In this document: piece after piece, positions 36,497 to 48,989 of the stretch | Layout: each line of letters begins with the position of its first letter | Numbering within the stretch: position 1 is the first letter of the stretch | Origin: Mobula hypostoma | Taxonomy: Eukaryota | Reading direction: 5' to 3' | Assembly: GCF_963921235.1 (NCBI RefSeq) | Contig: NC_086128.1 | Coordinates: forward strand, 26,660,001-26,724,000 | Length of the DNA: 64,000 nt | Position numbers and translations under genes: made by a program | Notes under the pieces: model-generated | What the model was told of the DNA's origin: nothing | The model's input: only the letters and a program-made list of their open reading frames with translations | Databases searched by the model: none

Positions 36497-37196
36497 AGAA
36501 ACCAGTGTAGTAATTAACAGTTGTAAAATCCAGTCTTCAGAGCAAACTGCAGATGTCACAGCAACTGATGGCTCATGGGAGGGTTAGATTTTAAAGTTGT
36601 ACATCATGGCACCTCTCTAGAGTGGTTAAAAGTCTAATGGGGGTGTATCTAAACATGCAAATGGTGGGGTGTAGAGAAATGGCACCTCTACAGCAGTTGA
36701 AAAGGAGTGGGGTAGGGGAGGGGTGGAGAGTAATGAGGGTAAGTGAAATAAAGTGGGGGAATTGGAGATGAATAGATGAACAGAGGGGTCAGTCATAGGG
36801 AGAGAAGGGGGTAGGCAGTAATGATGCACCTTGAACTTGCACAGCTCCCTGGTCAGACTGAGATCACAGGTTATGTCTGGTGAGAGCAGGATGTTCTGTA
36901 GCAGATAAAAGGGCAGACAGTGAATGGTTGGGGCACAGAAGGGAAGTCAGGGCTGGGATTGCCCAGTACCTGGTCCCAGACCCTCATGAACAGGCCCCTG
37001 TGGAGCAAGGAGGGAGGGTGAAGACTGCTGGACCCACCACTCAGGCAGGTGAAGAGGTGTAACATGGTGCTGGGAGAGGTGGGAGAAACGAGGATAGAGC
37101 AAGGCTGAGGAAGAAACAGGCAGCACATTCACCTTGAGCATCTCAATCATTCTGTTTAATGTTGCTAAGGGAAGGGAAGGTGCAGTTTTATTCACT

Positions 37197-37226
37197 TCAC
37201 TTGGAGTCATTCCTTCTCTTCTTCTC
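37197..37226 (-). CDS. TMBIM6: TMBIM6 last coding exon
   Basis: TTTGTCTTTTCAG acceptor; EKKRRNDSK*. Confidence 0.85.
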   Translation of the reverse strand, partial: EKKRRNDSK

Positions 37227-40200
37227 CTGAAAAGACAAACCACAGTGTTGGTGTTTTTATGCCTCAGTAACAGGCCCAATGGTCAAACTTTGCCTTAATG
37301 ACCTCTACCAAGCTGATGTTGAGGGTCAGAAACAGCCCACACTGGCCTCCTTGCCCACCCACACTAACACTTTTCCCCCACATTAGCAGACCCTTCCATG
37401 AGATCAGAAGGCATTTGACAAGGTGCCACACAGGAGGCTGCTCAACATGATAAAATCCTACAGCGTTACCGGTAAAATACCGGCATGGATAGAGGAATGG
37501 CTGACAGGCAGGAGTCCCTGAGTGGGAACAAGGGGGGCCTTTTCCGGTTGGCTGCCGGTGACTAGTGGTGTTCCGCAGGGGTCAGTATTGGGACCGCTAC
37601 TTTTCACATTGTTTGTCAATGATTTGGATAATGGAATTGATGGCTTTGTGACAAAGTTTGCAGATGATACGAATATAGGTGGAGGGGTAGGCAGTGCTGA
37701 GCACGCAATGCGATTGCAGCAGGACTTAGACAAAATGGCAGAATGGGGGGAAAAAAGAGGCAGATGGAATACAGTGTTGGGAAATGTCTGATAAGGCATT
37801 TTGGTAAGGAACAATAGTGCGGACTATTATCTAAATGGGGAGAAGGTTCAAACATCAGAGGTGCAGAGGGACTCAGGAGTCGTCCTGCAAGACTCCCAGA
37901 AGGTTAATTTCCAGGTTGAGTCTGTGGTAAAGGCGGCAAACGCGATGTTGGCATTTATTTCAACGGGAATAGAATAAAAAAGCAGGGACATAATGCTGAG
38001 GCTTTTAAGACACTAGTCAGGCCTCACCTGCAATAACTGTCAACTGTTTTGGGCCCCATATCTCAGGATGTGTTGTCATTACAGAGGGTCCAGAGGAAGT
38101 TCACAAGGATGATTCTGGGAATGAAGGGGTTAACATACGAGGCATGTTTGGCAGCCTTGGGCCTGTACTCACCAGAATTTAGAAGAATGCAGGGGGACCT
38201 GATTGAAACCTACAGGACTAGCTGGGAAACATCCTCTCCACATTCACCCTATGATGAGGGTTATCTAAAACTAGAAGGCACAGCCTCAAAATAGAGGGGT
38301 GGCCTTTTAGAACAGAGGTACGGAATTTTTTTTTAAGCCACAGAGTCGTGAATCTGTGGAATGCTCTGCCACAGACTGTGGCAGAGGCCAAGTCTGTGCA
38401 TATATTTAAGGCAGAAGTTGATAGTTTTCTGATTGATCGGGGCATCAACTGATACGGCGAGAAGGCAGCTGTATGGGGTTAGATCAGCCATGGTGGACTC
38501 AATGGGGTGAATGGCCTAATTCTGCTCCTATGTCTTATGGTCTTTTGTGTTCCCAAATTTTTTATGCCATGGGCCCCAGGCTGGGAACCCCTGCATTAGA
38601 CCATTAAATAAAAGTAGAATTAGACCATTTGCCTCATCAAGACTGCTCCACCATTCCATTATGGCTGAATTATCCCTCAACTTCATTCTCCTGTCTTCTT
38701 CCCATAACCTTTTGACACCCTTACTAATCAATAATCTATGAACCTCTGCTTTAAATACACCTAATGACTTGGCCTGCACAGCCACCTATGAAAGTGAATT
38801 CCACAGATCCACCAACCCCTAGCTAAAGAAATTCCTCATCTCTGTTCTAAAGGGATGTCCTTCCATTCTGAGGCTGTATCCTCTGATCCTAGACTCCCCC
38901 ATTGTAGGAAACATCCTCTCCACATCCACTGTTGGGCTTTTAATTTTGATAGGTTCCATTTCCTACCATTCAGTTGCTGTTTAAATGCTGTTTAATTTAC
39001 ATCCCAAAACTTTAAAGCTCTTCTCAATGCCTGTTTCATTGGGACATTCTCTCCACCTGTGTCTCTCATCTATTCCCTCTGTTTACCAGACCTCCCACTG
39101 CACCCTCCTTCATGTCTGCACACACAGTTAGAGCAAGTTACGTGGGAGGTCGAGGTCTCACCTTCTCGTTCATGCCAAGTATCAACATGAGCTTTCTGAA
39201 AACTGCAATGAAGTCCAAGAACAGGTCCACACAGTGCCTGGGAGGGAGGGAGGGAGGCAGGCAGTTAAATGAGAGCAATTGACACCCCACTGACTCACAC
39301 CCGCATTGACAGACAGCTTGGTCACAAAACCCAATCTGGATTCCACTTCAGTCCGTGGAGCACACACCTCAGAGATAGGCACACGCACAATACAGACACA
39401 CACCCTGGGCACAAAGCACACATGGACATTGCAGCACACACCGTAGACATGACAGACACACGTGTAAAGAAGAGACACCACACTTGACACACTCAAACCA
39501 GACATAAACACAAATCCTGACCCAGCATCCTATAGACACAAGACCCACAGGATGACACTCACCATATGTAGTCCTTGTCCCCATGCTCTGCTTTCTCAAT
39601 GATAAGCTGGGTGTCAAACAGGATAAAGCCACAGAAAACCAGGAGGCCGATGTACAGCTGTGCCTGGGAACAGAATCAGGGCTGCTTTCAGTGGCAATGG
39701 AGGGGCAGGGTGGTGTTCCACAACCTCTGACCTCCCTCCAAAACTTCACGCCCCATGGACTGTCCAACCCCCAAACCAACCCAGAGCTGCTTGTACCTGG
39801 AAGAGCAGGACCGATCCAAAGAAGAGATTGACCAGTGGCATGAAGCAGAGAACAGCGAGGAGTGACATCAGGGTACCTGCCAGCAAGAGAGCACGATGGC
39901 GTTATTTCACCACCCCCACACTAAACCAGTGTACAACAGGGTCCGCCCCACCCACCACTAACTCGGCTATGATAACTTGTACACTGCTTGCTGTCAATCA
40001 CACTTCTACTCGAGCACAAGGAGGGCAGCTCATAGAACAAGATAGCATAGTACAAGCCCTTCAACCAACGATGTGCTGACCTTTTAACATATTCTAAGAC
40101 CAATTTAACCCTTCCTGCCCATATAATCCTCTATTTTTCTTTCATCCATGTACCTATCTAGGAGTCTCAAATGCCCCTAATGCATCTGCCTCTACCACTG

Positions 40201-43200
40201 TTAGCTCAACAGTATATTCAGCATACCCACCACTGTGTGTAAAAAAAACCTCGAGAAAAGCCCTAGCTTGCTCAAACTAACCTCATAAGACATACCCTCC
40301 AACCCAGGCAGCATCCTGGTCAATCTCCTCTGCACTGCCTCTCAAGCTTCCACATCCTTCCTCTAATGAGGCGACTAAAACTGAACACAATACTCCAAGT
40401 GTGGTCTAACCAGGGTTTTTATCAAGCTGCAACATTACCTCACGGCACTTGAACTCAATCCCAATTAATGAAGGCTACACGCCGCACGCCTTCTTAACCG
40501 CCCTAACAACTTACAAGGCAACTTGGAGGGATTTATGGATGTAGACCCCAAGACTCCTCTGTACTCCACACTGCTAAAAATCCTGCCATTAACCCTGTAA
40601 TCTGCCTTCAAGTTTGACCTTGCAAAGTGAATCACTTCGCACTTTTCTGAATTGAACGCCAGCTGCCCTTTCTGAACCCAGCTCTGTATCCAGTCAATGT
40701 CCCATGTAACCTATGATAACCTTCTACGCTATCTACACCACCATCCTTGTCATCTGTAACATACTAACCTACTCTTCTACTTTCTTGTGGAAGTCATTTA
40801 TAAAAATCATAGGCTCAACCCGTCACTAAATTGTTCTGCAGTTACAGTTCAAAACTATCCATTTTTAGCAATCGTTCCAATAGAAACTGTGTATTATGAA
40901 TTCCTTTATTTGTATAATTACAGTAAGTACAAATCATAATACACTTATTCAGGCATTAATAACCATCAAAATTTACATGTTAAAGGCCAATTATATTCTA
41001 GAATTAGTCAGACAAGTTCCCTAGAATCCTTTGCATCTTTATCTTGTCTTGTATGCCTGGTGACCTTACTACCAGGCTTGAACAGAAAGGCGAAACAAAG
41101 TGGAAGTGAGGCTTTGAAGAAGCTGGGTGGTTGCATTATGTCTGCACAATGTGTCAGCTTATTATCTTGACTCTTCTCTTTCTGCAACTTTCACAGTGTC
41201 AGAGAGCAGAGGGCATTTTCCTGATTGAACACCTATGCATGCAGCTCAGACCAAAGGTGGGTGGGATGGCAAGGGTGAGAGCTGTGGGCATGACCAACAG
41301 GACAGAGAACAAGGTGACACATCACAGCCGGTCCTTCACTAGACAAAGTACAAGAGTTAGGAGAGTATGTTGCAGATGGACAAGGCCACCTTTGGAGTCC
41401 TGTGTACATTTCTGGTCACCCTGCTATAGGAAGGATGTCATTAAGCTGGAGAAGGTGCAGAAAAGGTTCACCTAATTAGAGGGCTTGAGTTATGAGAAAC
41501 TGGACAGGCTGGGACTGTTTTCCCTGGAGAGGAAGTTGAGGGGTGGATTAATAAAGGTTTATGAAACTATGAGGAACACAGATAGGTGGATACATAGAAC
41601 AGAAGGGCACAGAACAGAACCTTTGGCCCACAATATGCCAACCTCTTAACCTACTCCAAGATCAATCTAACCGTTCCCTCCCAAATAGCCCTCCATTTTT
41701 CTATCATCCATGTGCCTAAGAACATCTTAAATCTCCCTAATCTATCTGCCTCTACCACCACCCCTGTATGGTGTTCCACATACTCACCACTCAAAAAAAA
41801 CCTGCCTCTGATATCCCTCCTATATTTTCCACCAATCACTTTCTGTGCCTTGTGACCCTGTGACAATGATCACCCAGCCTGTCCAGGAGGTGGGCAGACC
41901 CACATCCATTACCCATAACTAAAAATAATCTTCACAAAATGTGCATGTGACAGCATCAAGTACCCAGGTTGCCGACATGACACATAGTCCAGAGGTTTAC
42001 AAGAATGATTCTGGGAATGAAAGGGTTAATGTATGAGGAGCATGTGATGGCTCCAGGTTTGTACTCTTTGAGGAATGAGTGGAAATCTCATTGAATGCTA
42101 CCAAATCTTAAAGGCCCAGATAAAGTGGATGTGGAGAGGATGTTTCCTATAGTGGAGGAGTCTAGGACCAAAGGGCATAACTTCAGAATACAAAGAGGTC
42201 CATTTAGAGCAGATGGAGGAATTTCTTTCGCCAGAGGGTAGTGAATCTGTGGAATTCGTTGCCACAGGTGGCTGGGGAAGTCAACTCATTGGGTGCATTT
42301 AAGGTAGAGGTTGATAGGCTCTTGATTAGTAAGCTCGGCAAAGGTTGGGGGGAGAAAAGCAGGAGAATGAGGTTGAGAAGGAAAATAAGAAGAATGGACA
42401 ATAATATGGAGGTATCAATGGAAGTGTACCAATGCACAGAAATGGAGGGAGTTCAGATGGAAACACTTGATAAGATATTTTATTACACCCTCTCAGAAAT
42501 CCCATTATGATTTAACCAATTTCCCCCGGGATCAATAAAGTATGACTATGACAGTAACCTCCCTGTTTGCTGGAGAAATTATGGAAATCAAAATGCAAAC
42601 CATTATATTTTCTGGGAATGCCCCGTTATCAAAGACTATTGGAGTGGGATACACAATGCCCTACAAGACATTTTTAAATGTGAAATACCCTTAGAGAGTA
42701 AGACCATATATTTTGGGTATATACCTCAAGAATGGTTGAAAAGAGATAAATATTTAATGAATGTACTGCTGGTGGCTGGTAAAAAGACCCTTACCAGGAA
42801 ATGGTTATCACGGGAGAGCCAAACCTTAAATGTATGGATGGAAATTACAATGGACATTTACAAAATGGAGAAGATAACAGCATCTGTTAATCATAAGTTG
42901 GAACAATTTGATTCATACTGGGAAAAATGGTTCAACTACATTACACCTCATAGGCCTGATTTTATTCTCACAATCAATGAATATGTTGTTTAAAAAAAAA
43001 TCACTCCCTACTTGTACATAGTTTTCTCCTTTTGCTTGTTCTTTCTTTCCTCTCCTTTCTATAAGTGTATAACTCAGATAAATATGTGAAGATTTGTACA
43101 AATATGACTATATGATATATATGTACAGTATCTGAAATACATCTTATGGAAATGTTTGATGATGAACCAATAAAAAAAAAATTACAAAAAAGGAAAATAA

Positions 43201-46191
43201 ATCAGCCATAATAAATGATAATACAGACTCAATGGGCCAAACAGTGAGATTCTGCTTCTATGCCTTAAGAATCACACACAGATGGGATTGAGAAAGGAAT
43301 CAATCTCTCTCACAGCTGGGTCCTCACCACCAACCACTGAGACTCCCTGACCCAGATTTGACTTGCAGCTCTCCAGGCACAGAGACAGCACACCACTGTA
43401 TGGCACCAATGAGGTGCTACACGATTTCAGACAGAGACAAGGAGTCTTTGTGCTGCACTCTGGATATCCCCAACCTCACAGAGGTCAATCAATGTGCGGG
43501 ACAATTATTTCTGGGGGTTGGGGTTAGGGAACGCACCTGTCATAGGGGGATTGACAGCGCTTAAGCATGGCACTGGTGAAGACACAACAGAAGCACTCAC
43601 CTCCCAGAAAGAGGTAGCTGCGCCGCTGGGCGTATAGGGCGCTGAGCGTGAAGCAACAGAAGATCAACGCAGAGACCACGAAGGCAGTTGGGACGATGCT
43701 GTGAAGGCAAGCGATACATTGAGGGCCATGCTCAAAGCCCAAGATGACAGGCAGTTGATGCTCCAAAAGCCCTTCACAGTCACACCACTCCATGTCTCCT
43801 GACCCACAACCCAGTCCCCACACCCCTCTCCGTGTCTCCTGACCCACACCCCAGTCTCCACACCCCTCTCCGTGTCTCCTGACCCACACCCCAGTCCCCA
43901 CACCCCTCTCCGTGTCTCCTGACCCACACCCCTCTCCGTGTCTCCTGACCCACACCCCAGTCCCCACACCCCTCTCCGTGTCTCCTGATCCACACCCCAG
44001 CCCAGCCGCATTAACCATCCTTCCGAACCCATCCCTGGGCTCGATACAATCACTCAAGAGACTTACGCTGGGTTGAATGAAATGACAAAATCCATCAGTG
44101 GGCCCAGACCAGTACCTGAAACAGGGCACAAAGAAGGGAAGAGAGAAGGGGTGATGAAATAGTCAAGCAACAGAATTCATTGTGCTTAACAATTATCACT
44201 GAGTAACCAGCAGTGTCAAGAGGCGACCGTCAGACTGTCAACCCAGTCACGCAAGGACAACTCCAAGCGCTGCCCAGACCTGTCTTCAAAGTATTCCAAG
44301 GTCTGTTCACCCAACAACCCTCCCCACCCCCAATCCTGTCAGCACGGTAGGGTGTACATGGATCCCTGCTCGGGAGCCACATAGGATCTGACACTCCACA
44401 GCACACCGGTGAGACACAATAAATCCACATCAAGCCTCCACTGGAAAATCTGTGAACCCCTCCCTCCATTGCACCACTTCCAGTCTCTGTGACACCCTCT
44501 CTCTCCTACGCTCATCCCTGCCTCCGCAATGTCCTCCCTCCTCTACGTCCCACATCCCTAACACCCCTCCCCATCCATTTAACCCTCACCTGCCCCAAAC
44601 GCCTCCCTATCTCTGTAACCCCATCTGTGCCCATGCACTTCATCCTCCTTCAGCTGCCCCATGCCCTGATATCTCGACATTTTTGCTGCCTCACTTTCTG
44701 CAAAAAGGACTCTCCTTTGAACCGCTTTACCTTCCAACTCTGGGTCTTATGTTCGGTCTCCCGATTTCCTAACTCAATAGAAATTCTGTCTGATTCCTCC
44801 TCCTCTGAGGGGAGGGGGGGGAGAGAAGAGGATCCACCCCTTTTTACCTGTGGCGCAGTTGGTATCCCCCACCCACCAACGCACTCCCCACCAGGCACGA
44901 GCGAGGCTTTGTGCTTCAGGCAGTTACCTGTGAAGAAGGCGAAGGCAGCCAGGATGCACAGCCGCCGCTTTTCGTTCTCCGGGCTGTGAGGGGTGAACGC
45001 CAGCCAGGCGATGAGGCCCAGGGAGATCAGTGTAGAGAGCATCCCACCCTGTAACAGCCGCATTTCCGTCAGGTAACCCTTCACTGATTCTGGGGCTGTC
45101 TCACCACCCCCCCACCCCAATCCACCCACCAGAGGGAGGTCCCATGTGAACCTGGCTGGCACTGGGATCAACCCACCTGGTCCTGGCAGTGAGGAGGAGG
45201 CAGCAGCCACAGACACACTGCTGATCTTTGCTGCATCTCAACAGTACCAGAGACAGCAGTGGGACAGGGGATTGAGAGACCAGAGACCCCAGTGTCTTGG
45301 GGAGGGAGGATCCTGATAGAGTGAGCACAGGCCCCAAGGTTTTAGAGACAGTATCCTGATGGAGGAAGCAGAGACTCAGGGCATTGGGGAGGGAGGGGAG
45401 AATGGACATTGTTTTATTGCTGGAGAAGGACCAACATGACCAAGTGTCCTGTGTCATTCCACCCTGTGGGAATAATTATTGGTTTATCTCTGGGAGGAGG
45501 ATTATTTAGACTGTGCCCCAGCAGATGGTCATAGCACAATACAACGGCACAGGAGGAACGCAGCAAACCAAGGCAGCATCAGTGGAAGAAAGTGAAGAAT
45601 TGATATTGTCCATTTCCCTCCACAGATGTTGCCTGACCCACCGAGTTCCTCCAGCGTCTGTCATATAGCTCCAGATTCCAACATCTGCAGTCTCTAGTGT
45701 CTCCACGATCAGGGCCATTTCTGGGAGAGGGACCAGAGCAAAAGCCCAGTTGGAACCACTATCGATTCTTCTCCTAGAGAGGAACCAATCTGACCAGGAG
45801 TGACCGGGAATGACCAGTGGGAGAGGGAATGTAAAGCAAACGTTGTGCCCCCACCCTTACCTGGAAGAGCCTGGTAACCACATGGATATAGGCTCCAGCT
45901 GCTGCCAGGAACATGCAGATGGCCAGGCTGGCGTAGACTTTCTTCAGGTGTTGCTGTGTGGAGTACGATCTGCAAGAGAGCAGTGGGACAGGTAGAATAC
46001 ATTTCACACATTGGGGAGCACCAACACCAACAACTCTGGGCTATAGTCCCATCCCAGTGATAATCTGAACTGTCTCTACCTTTCTCCCACCACCACACCA
46101 CCCCGCTCACTCTGACCATCCCGAGTACCACTTACATCTGGGAGAACTTGAACAGGCTGTCCAAGTTCAGGGTTCTGTCGAAGACATTCAT
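37197..46191 (-). CDS. TMBIM6: Bax inhibitor 1 (transmembrane BAX inhibitor motif 6), spliced CDS 720 nt / 239 aa
   Basis: Exons 46191-46136, 45969-45861, 45048-44928, 44115-44067, 43698-43601, 39876-39797, 39663-39563, 39237-39162, 37226-37197, all GT-AG with consistent phases; [34 protein letters not shown]...[29 protein letters not shown]... Confidence 0.96.
37400..38950. mobile_element. Tail-to-tail CR1 pair (37400-38545 +, 38600-38950 -) with a 47-bp hAT-like mini-element between
   Basis: [19 protein letters not shown]; spacer GTGTTCCCAA...TGGGAACCCCTG. Confidence 0.8.
39162..39237 (-). CDS. TMBIM6: TMBIM6 coding exon 8
   Basis: [25 protein letters not shown]. Confidence 0.95.
39563..39663 (-). 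CDS. TMBIM6: TMBIM6 coding exon 7
   Basis: [34 protein letters not shown]. Confidence 0.95.
39797..39876 (-). CDS. TMBIM6: TMBIM6 coding exon 6
   Basis: [27 protein letters not shown]. Confidence 0.92.
40030..40810 (-). mobile_element. CR1 LINE 3' fragment
   Basis: Similar to 6583-7230 ([12 protein letters not shown] region and tail). Confidence 0.75.
42389..43190 (+). mobile_element. 5'-truncated L1-clade LINE with poly(A) tail and TSD
   Basis: CWRN.G...[14 protein letters not shown] zinc-knuckle C-terminus; AATAAA + A-rich tail 43169-43190; AGGAAAATAA duplicated at 42379-42388 and 43191-43200. Confidence 0.85.
43601..43698 (-). CDS. TMBIM6: TMBIM6 coding exon 5
   Basis: [32 protein letters not shown]. 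Confidence 0.95.
43781..44003. repeat. 40-bp minisatellite, ~5.5 units
   Basis: Unit GACCCACACCCCAGTCCCCACACCCCTCTCCGTGTCTCCT, one 26-bp deleted unit. Confidence 0.95.
44067..44115 (-). CDS. TMBIM6: TMBIM6 coding exon 4
   Basis: [16 protein letters not shown]; CAG/GTAAGT. Confidence 0.92.
44928..45048 (-). CDS. TMBIM6: TMBIM6 coding exon 3
   Basis: [40 protein letters not shown]. Confidence 0.95.
45861..45969 (-). CDS. TMBIM6: TMBIM6 coding exon 2
   Basis: [34 protein letters not shown]. Confidence 0.95.
46136..46191 (-). CDS. TMBIM6: TMBIM6 coding exon 1 (exon starts 46248 in 5'UTR)
   Basis: [19 protein letters not shown]; donor GTAAGT; acceptor CTTCTCCCACAG. Confidence 0.93.
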
Positions 46192-47959
46192 CTTGCACTG
46201 GATTTATGCAAGCCGATCACTCAGTCTAGATTTCTGAGATGGGGGCACCTGTGGGAGAAGAACAGATGGGAAAAGTTAGGAACACAGACCACGTGCTACT
46301 CCTCACCCCTTTGTCCACTTACACCATACAGGCGTAACACTCCCCAAGCAGACCCAAGGTCACAGACTGGGAGGCATCGCAACTCCACCCCCCCCACTCC
46401 CCCAACACAAAAAAATCTACAGCGAGGACATTCAACAGGTCCTCCAGCCGAGCAGAACTAATTGTCTCTCATCCCTTCTACTTGCGCGTGATCCATTTTC
46501 CAGAGCCTGGCCTGAGGGCAAGATCGAGAGCTTCACAGTCTCAGAGTCACCATCTTCCACGCCACTTCCCCCCACCCGAAAATCTGCTCTCAGTCTTCAG
46601 TGGCAGGTTACTGAGCAGTTCTGCTCCTCCTCACTGGCAGATTTCAAACCTCCTTGTGGGTACCTTCCCCACCCGCAGCTCGAAGAGACTAATTAGAGCT
46701 TATCAAAGAAAAGATTTACAAAATAATTACGGTAGTCAGGGGCTTCGGTTCCAGGGTAGGTGAGCCGGGAACTAAAGGTCACAGGGTTCTGCTGAGAGGG
46801 GAGTATAAGTCTGATTGCTTCACTTTCAGCGAGGTGGGCTGTTAAACCAGACAGAATGCAGGAAAAATTCAAGAAGGTGTTACTGAGACTAGAGGGGTTG
46901 GATTATAAGGAGAGACTGGATAGGCTACACACCTCCCCCCCACTCAGTTTAAGTGTAGGAATGGGGCTGAGGGGTGACTTAATAAAGGTTTATAAACTCA
47001 AAAGGGTTTTCACTGACAATTAACAGACACTTCAGCAATGCATACTTAGCCCACTGCTCTACACTCATAACTGTATGGCTAGATACAGCTCAAACACCAT
47101 CTATAAAATTCACCGATGAGACCACCGTTGTCAGCAGAACCTGAGATGGCTGTGAGAGGTGCACAGGAGTGAGACGGATTCGGCTAGTTGAGTAGTATCC
47201 CAACAACAACCTTGCACTCAACATCAGCAAGACCAAGGAATTTATTGTGGATTTCAGGAAGGAGAATTCAGGAGAACACACACCAGTCCTTAATGAGGGG
47301 TCAGCGGTGGAAAAGGTGAGCAGGTTCAAATTCCTGGGAGGCAGCATCTCCGGGAATCTATCCCAGGCCCAACATATTAATGCAATCACAAAGAAGGCAT
47401 GACAGCAGCTATATTTCATTAGGAGTTTGAAGAGATTTGGTTTGTACTGTGGAGAGCATCCTAACTCGTTGCATTACTGTCAGGTATAGAGGTTCCAATG
47501 CATAAGATTGCAAGAGGGAACAGAGGGTTGTAACTCAGCCACTCCATCATGGGCAGAACCCTCCCCATCCTGGAACATGCCCTCTTCTCATTACTACCAT
47601 CAGGGTGGAAACAGGAGCCTGAAGGTGCATGTTCAACGATTCAAGAACAGCTTCTTCTCCTTTACCATCAGATTTCTGAATGGTCCATGAACTACCTCAC
47701 TGTTCCTATTTTGCAGTGTACTGCTGGCACAAAACAACAAATTTCATAACATACGTCAGTAATAATAAACCTGATTCTGATTAGTTAAGGTGGATGGTCA
47801 GCTTTTTTTCCCCCAGAAGTGGTGTCCAAAACCAGAAGGCATTGGTTCAAGGTGAGAGGGGAAAGAATTTAAAGGGGACCCAAGGAGTAAAGTTTTCCAG
47901 AGGGTGGTGGGTGTATGGAACGAACTGCAAGATGAGGTGATAGAGATGGGTACTGTACA

Positions 47960-48385
47960 AAGATTAGATTTAGATTAGATTCAACTTAATTGTCATTGTG
48001 CTGAGTACAGATACAAAGCCAATGAAATGCAATTAGCATCTGACCAGAAGTGCAAAAGAATATTATTATTTACAAAATAACTGCGAATAAAAAGTGCTAC
48101 AGCATACAAATATAAAAGTACTGAAACAGTCCAATATGGGTGCAATACTGCTTAGTGCTGTGATGTGAGGTTCAGCAGCGTCACAGCCTCAGGGAAGAAG
48201 CTCTTCCTGTGCCTGCTGGTGCGGGAGCAGAGGCTCCTGTAGCGCCTACCGGATGGGAGGAGAGTAAAAAGTCCATGGTTAGGATGTGATGCATCCTTGA
48301 TAATGCTTTTCGCCCTGCCCTGGCAGTGTTTATGGTAGATGTTCTCAATGGTGGGCAATTGGGTGCTGATAATCCGCTGGGCAGA
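47960..48385 (-). mobile_element. Young Rex1/Babar-like LINE 3' end
   Basis: IIKDASHPNHGLFTLLPSGRRYRSL...SFFPEAVTLLN; (ATCTA)n tail. Confidence 0.85.
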
Positions 48386-48989
48386 TTACTGGGACTAAAG
48401 CATGGAAAGACAAGGTAAGGGGGAATATGGACCAAGCGTAAAGTACCACAGTCAGCATGGACGAGAGGGGCTGAAGGGCTTTTTTCTCTGTTGTGCAATC
48501 CTATGAGCTTAGAACAAAGAGCCTGGTCATTTGGCCCTTGAAGCCCTACTCTCCCGTCTCACAACGTCCAGGAATAATCTCCCTCAGCACCATTTACGGT
48601 CAAAAGTCAAAGCACTACAGCACAGAAAACAGGCCCATCTGGTCCATGATAAACTTTTTCTGCCTAACCCCACCTACCCACATCCGAGCCATAGCCCTCC
48701 ATACCCTTCCCTTCCAAACTGCTCTTAAACGTTACAATTGAACTCATCCACCACTTCCACTAGCAGCTCATTCCAAATTCACATCACCCCGAGTGAAGTA
48801 ATTCCCCTCAAATATTTCGCCCTTCTCCCCAAGCCTATGACTTCTAGCTCTCGTCTCACTCACCTTCAGTGGAAAAAGCCTGCTTGCATTCATCCAATCT
48901 ATACCCTTCATAATTTTGTACACCTTTATAAAATCTCCCCTCACTCTCCTACACTCCAAGGAATTTTCCTGCACTATCTCCATATCCCT

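Noticed and set aside
43524-44129. Repetitive ORFs / CRISPR-like periodicity
   Set aside because: Head-to-tail VNTR with no unique spacers in a eukaryotic intron
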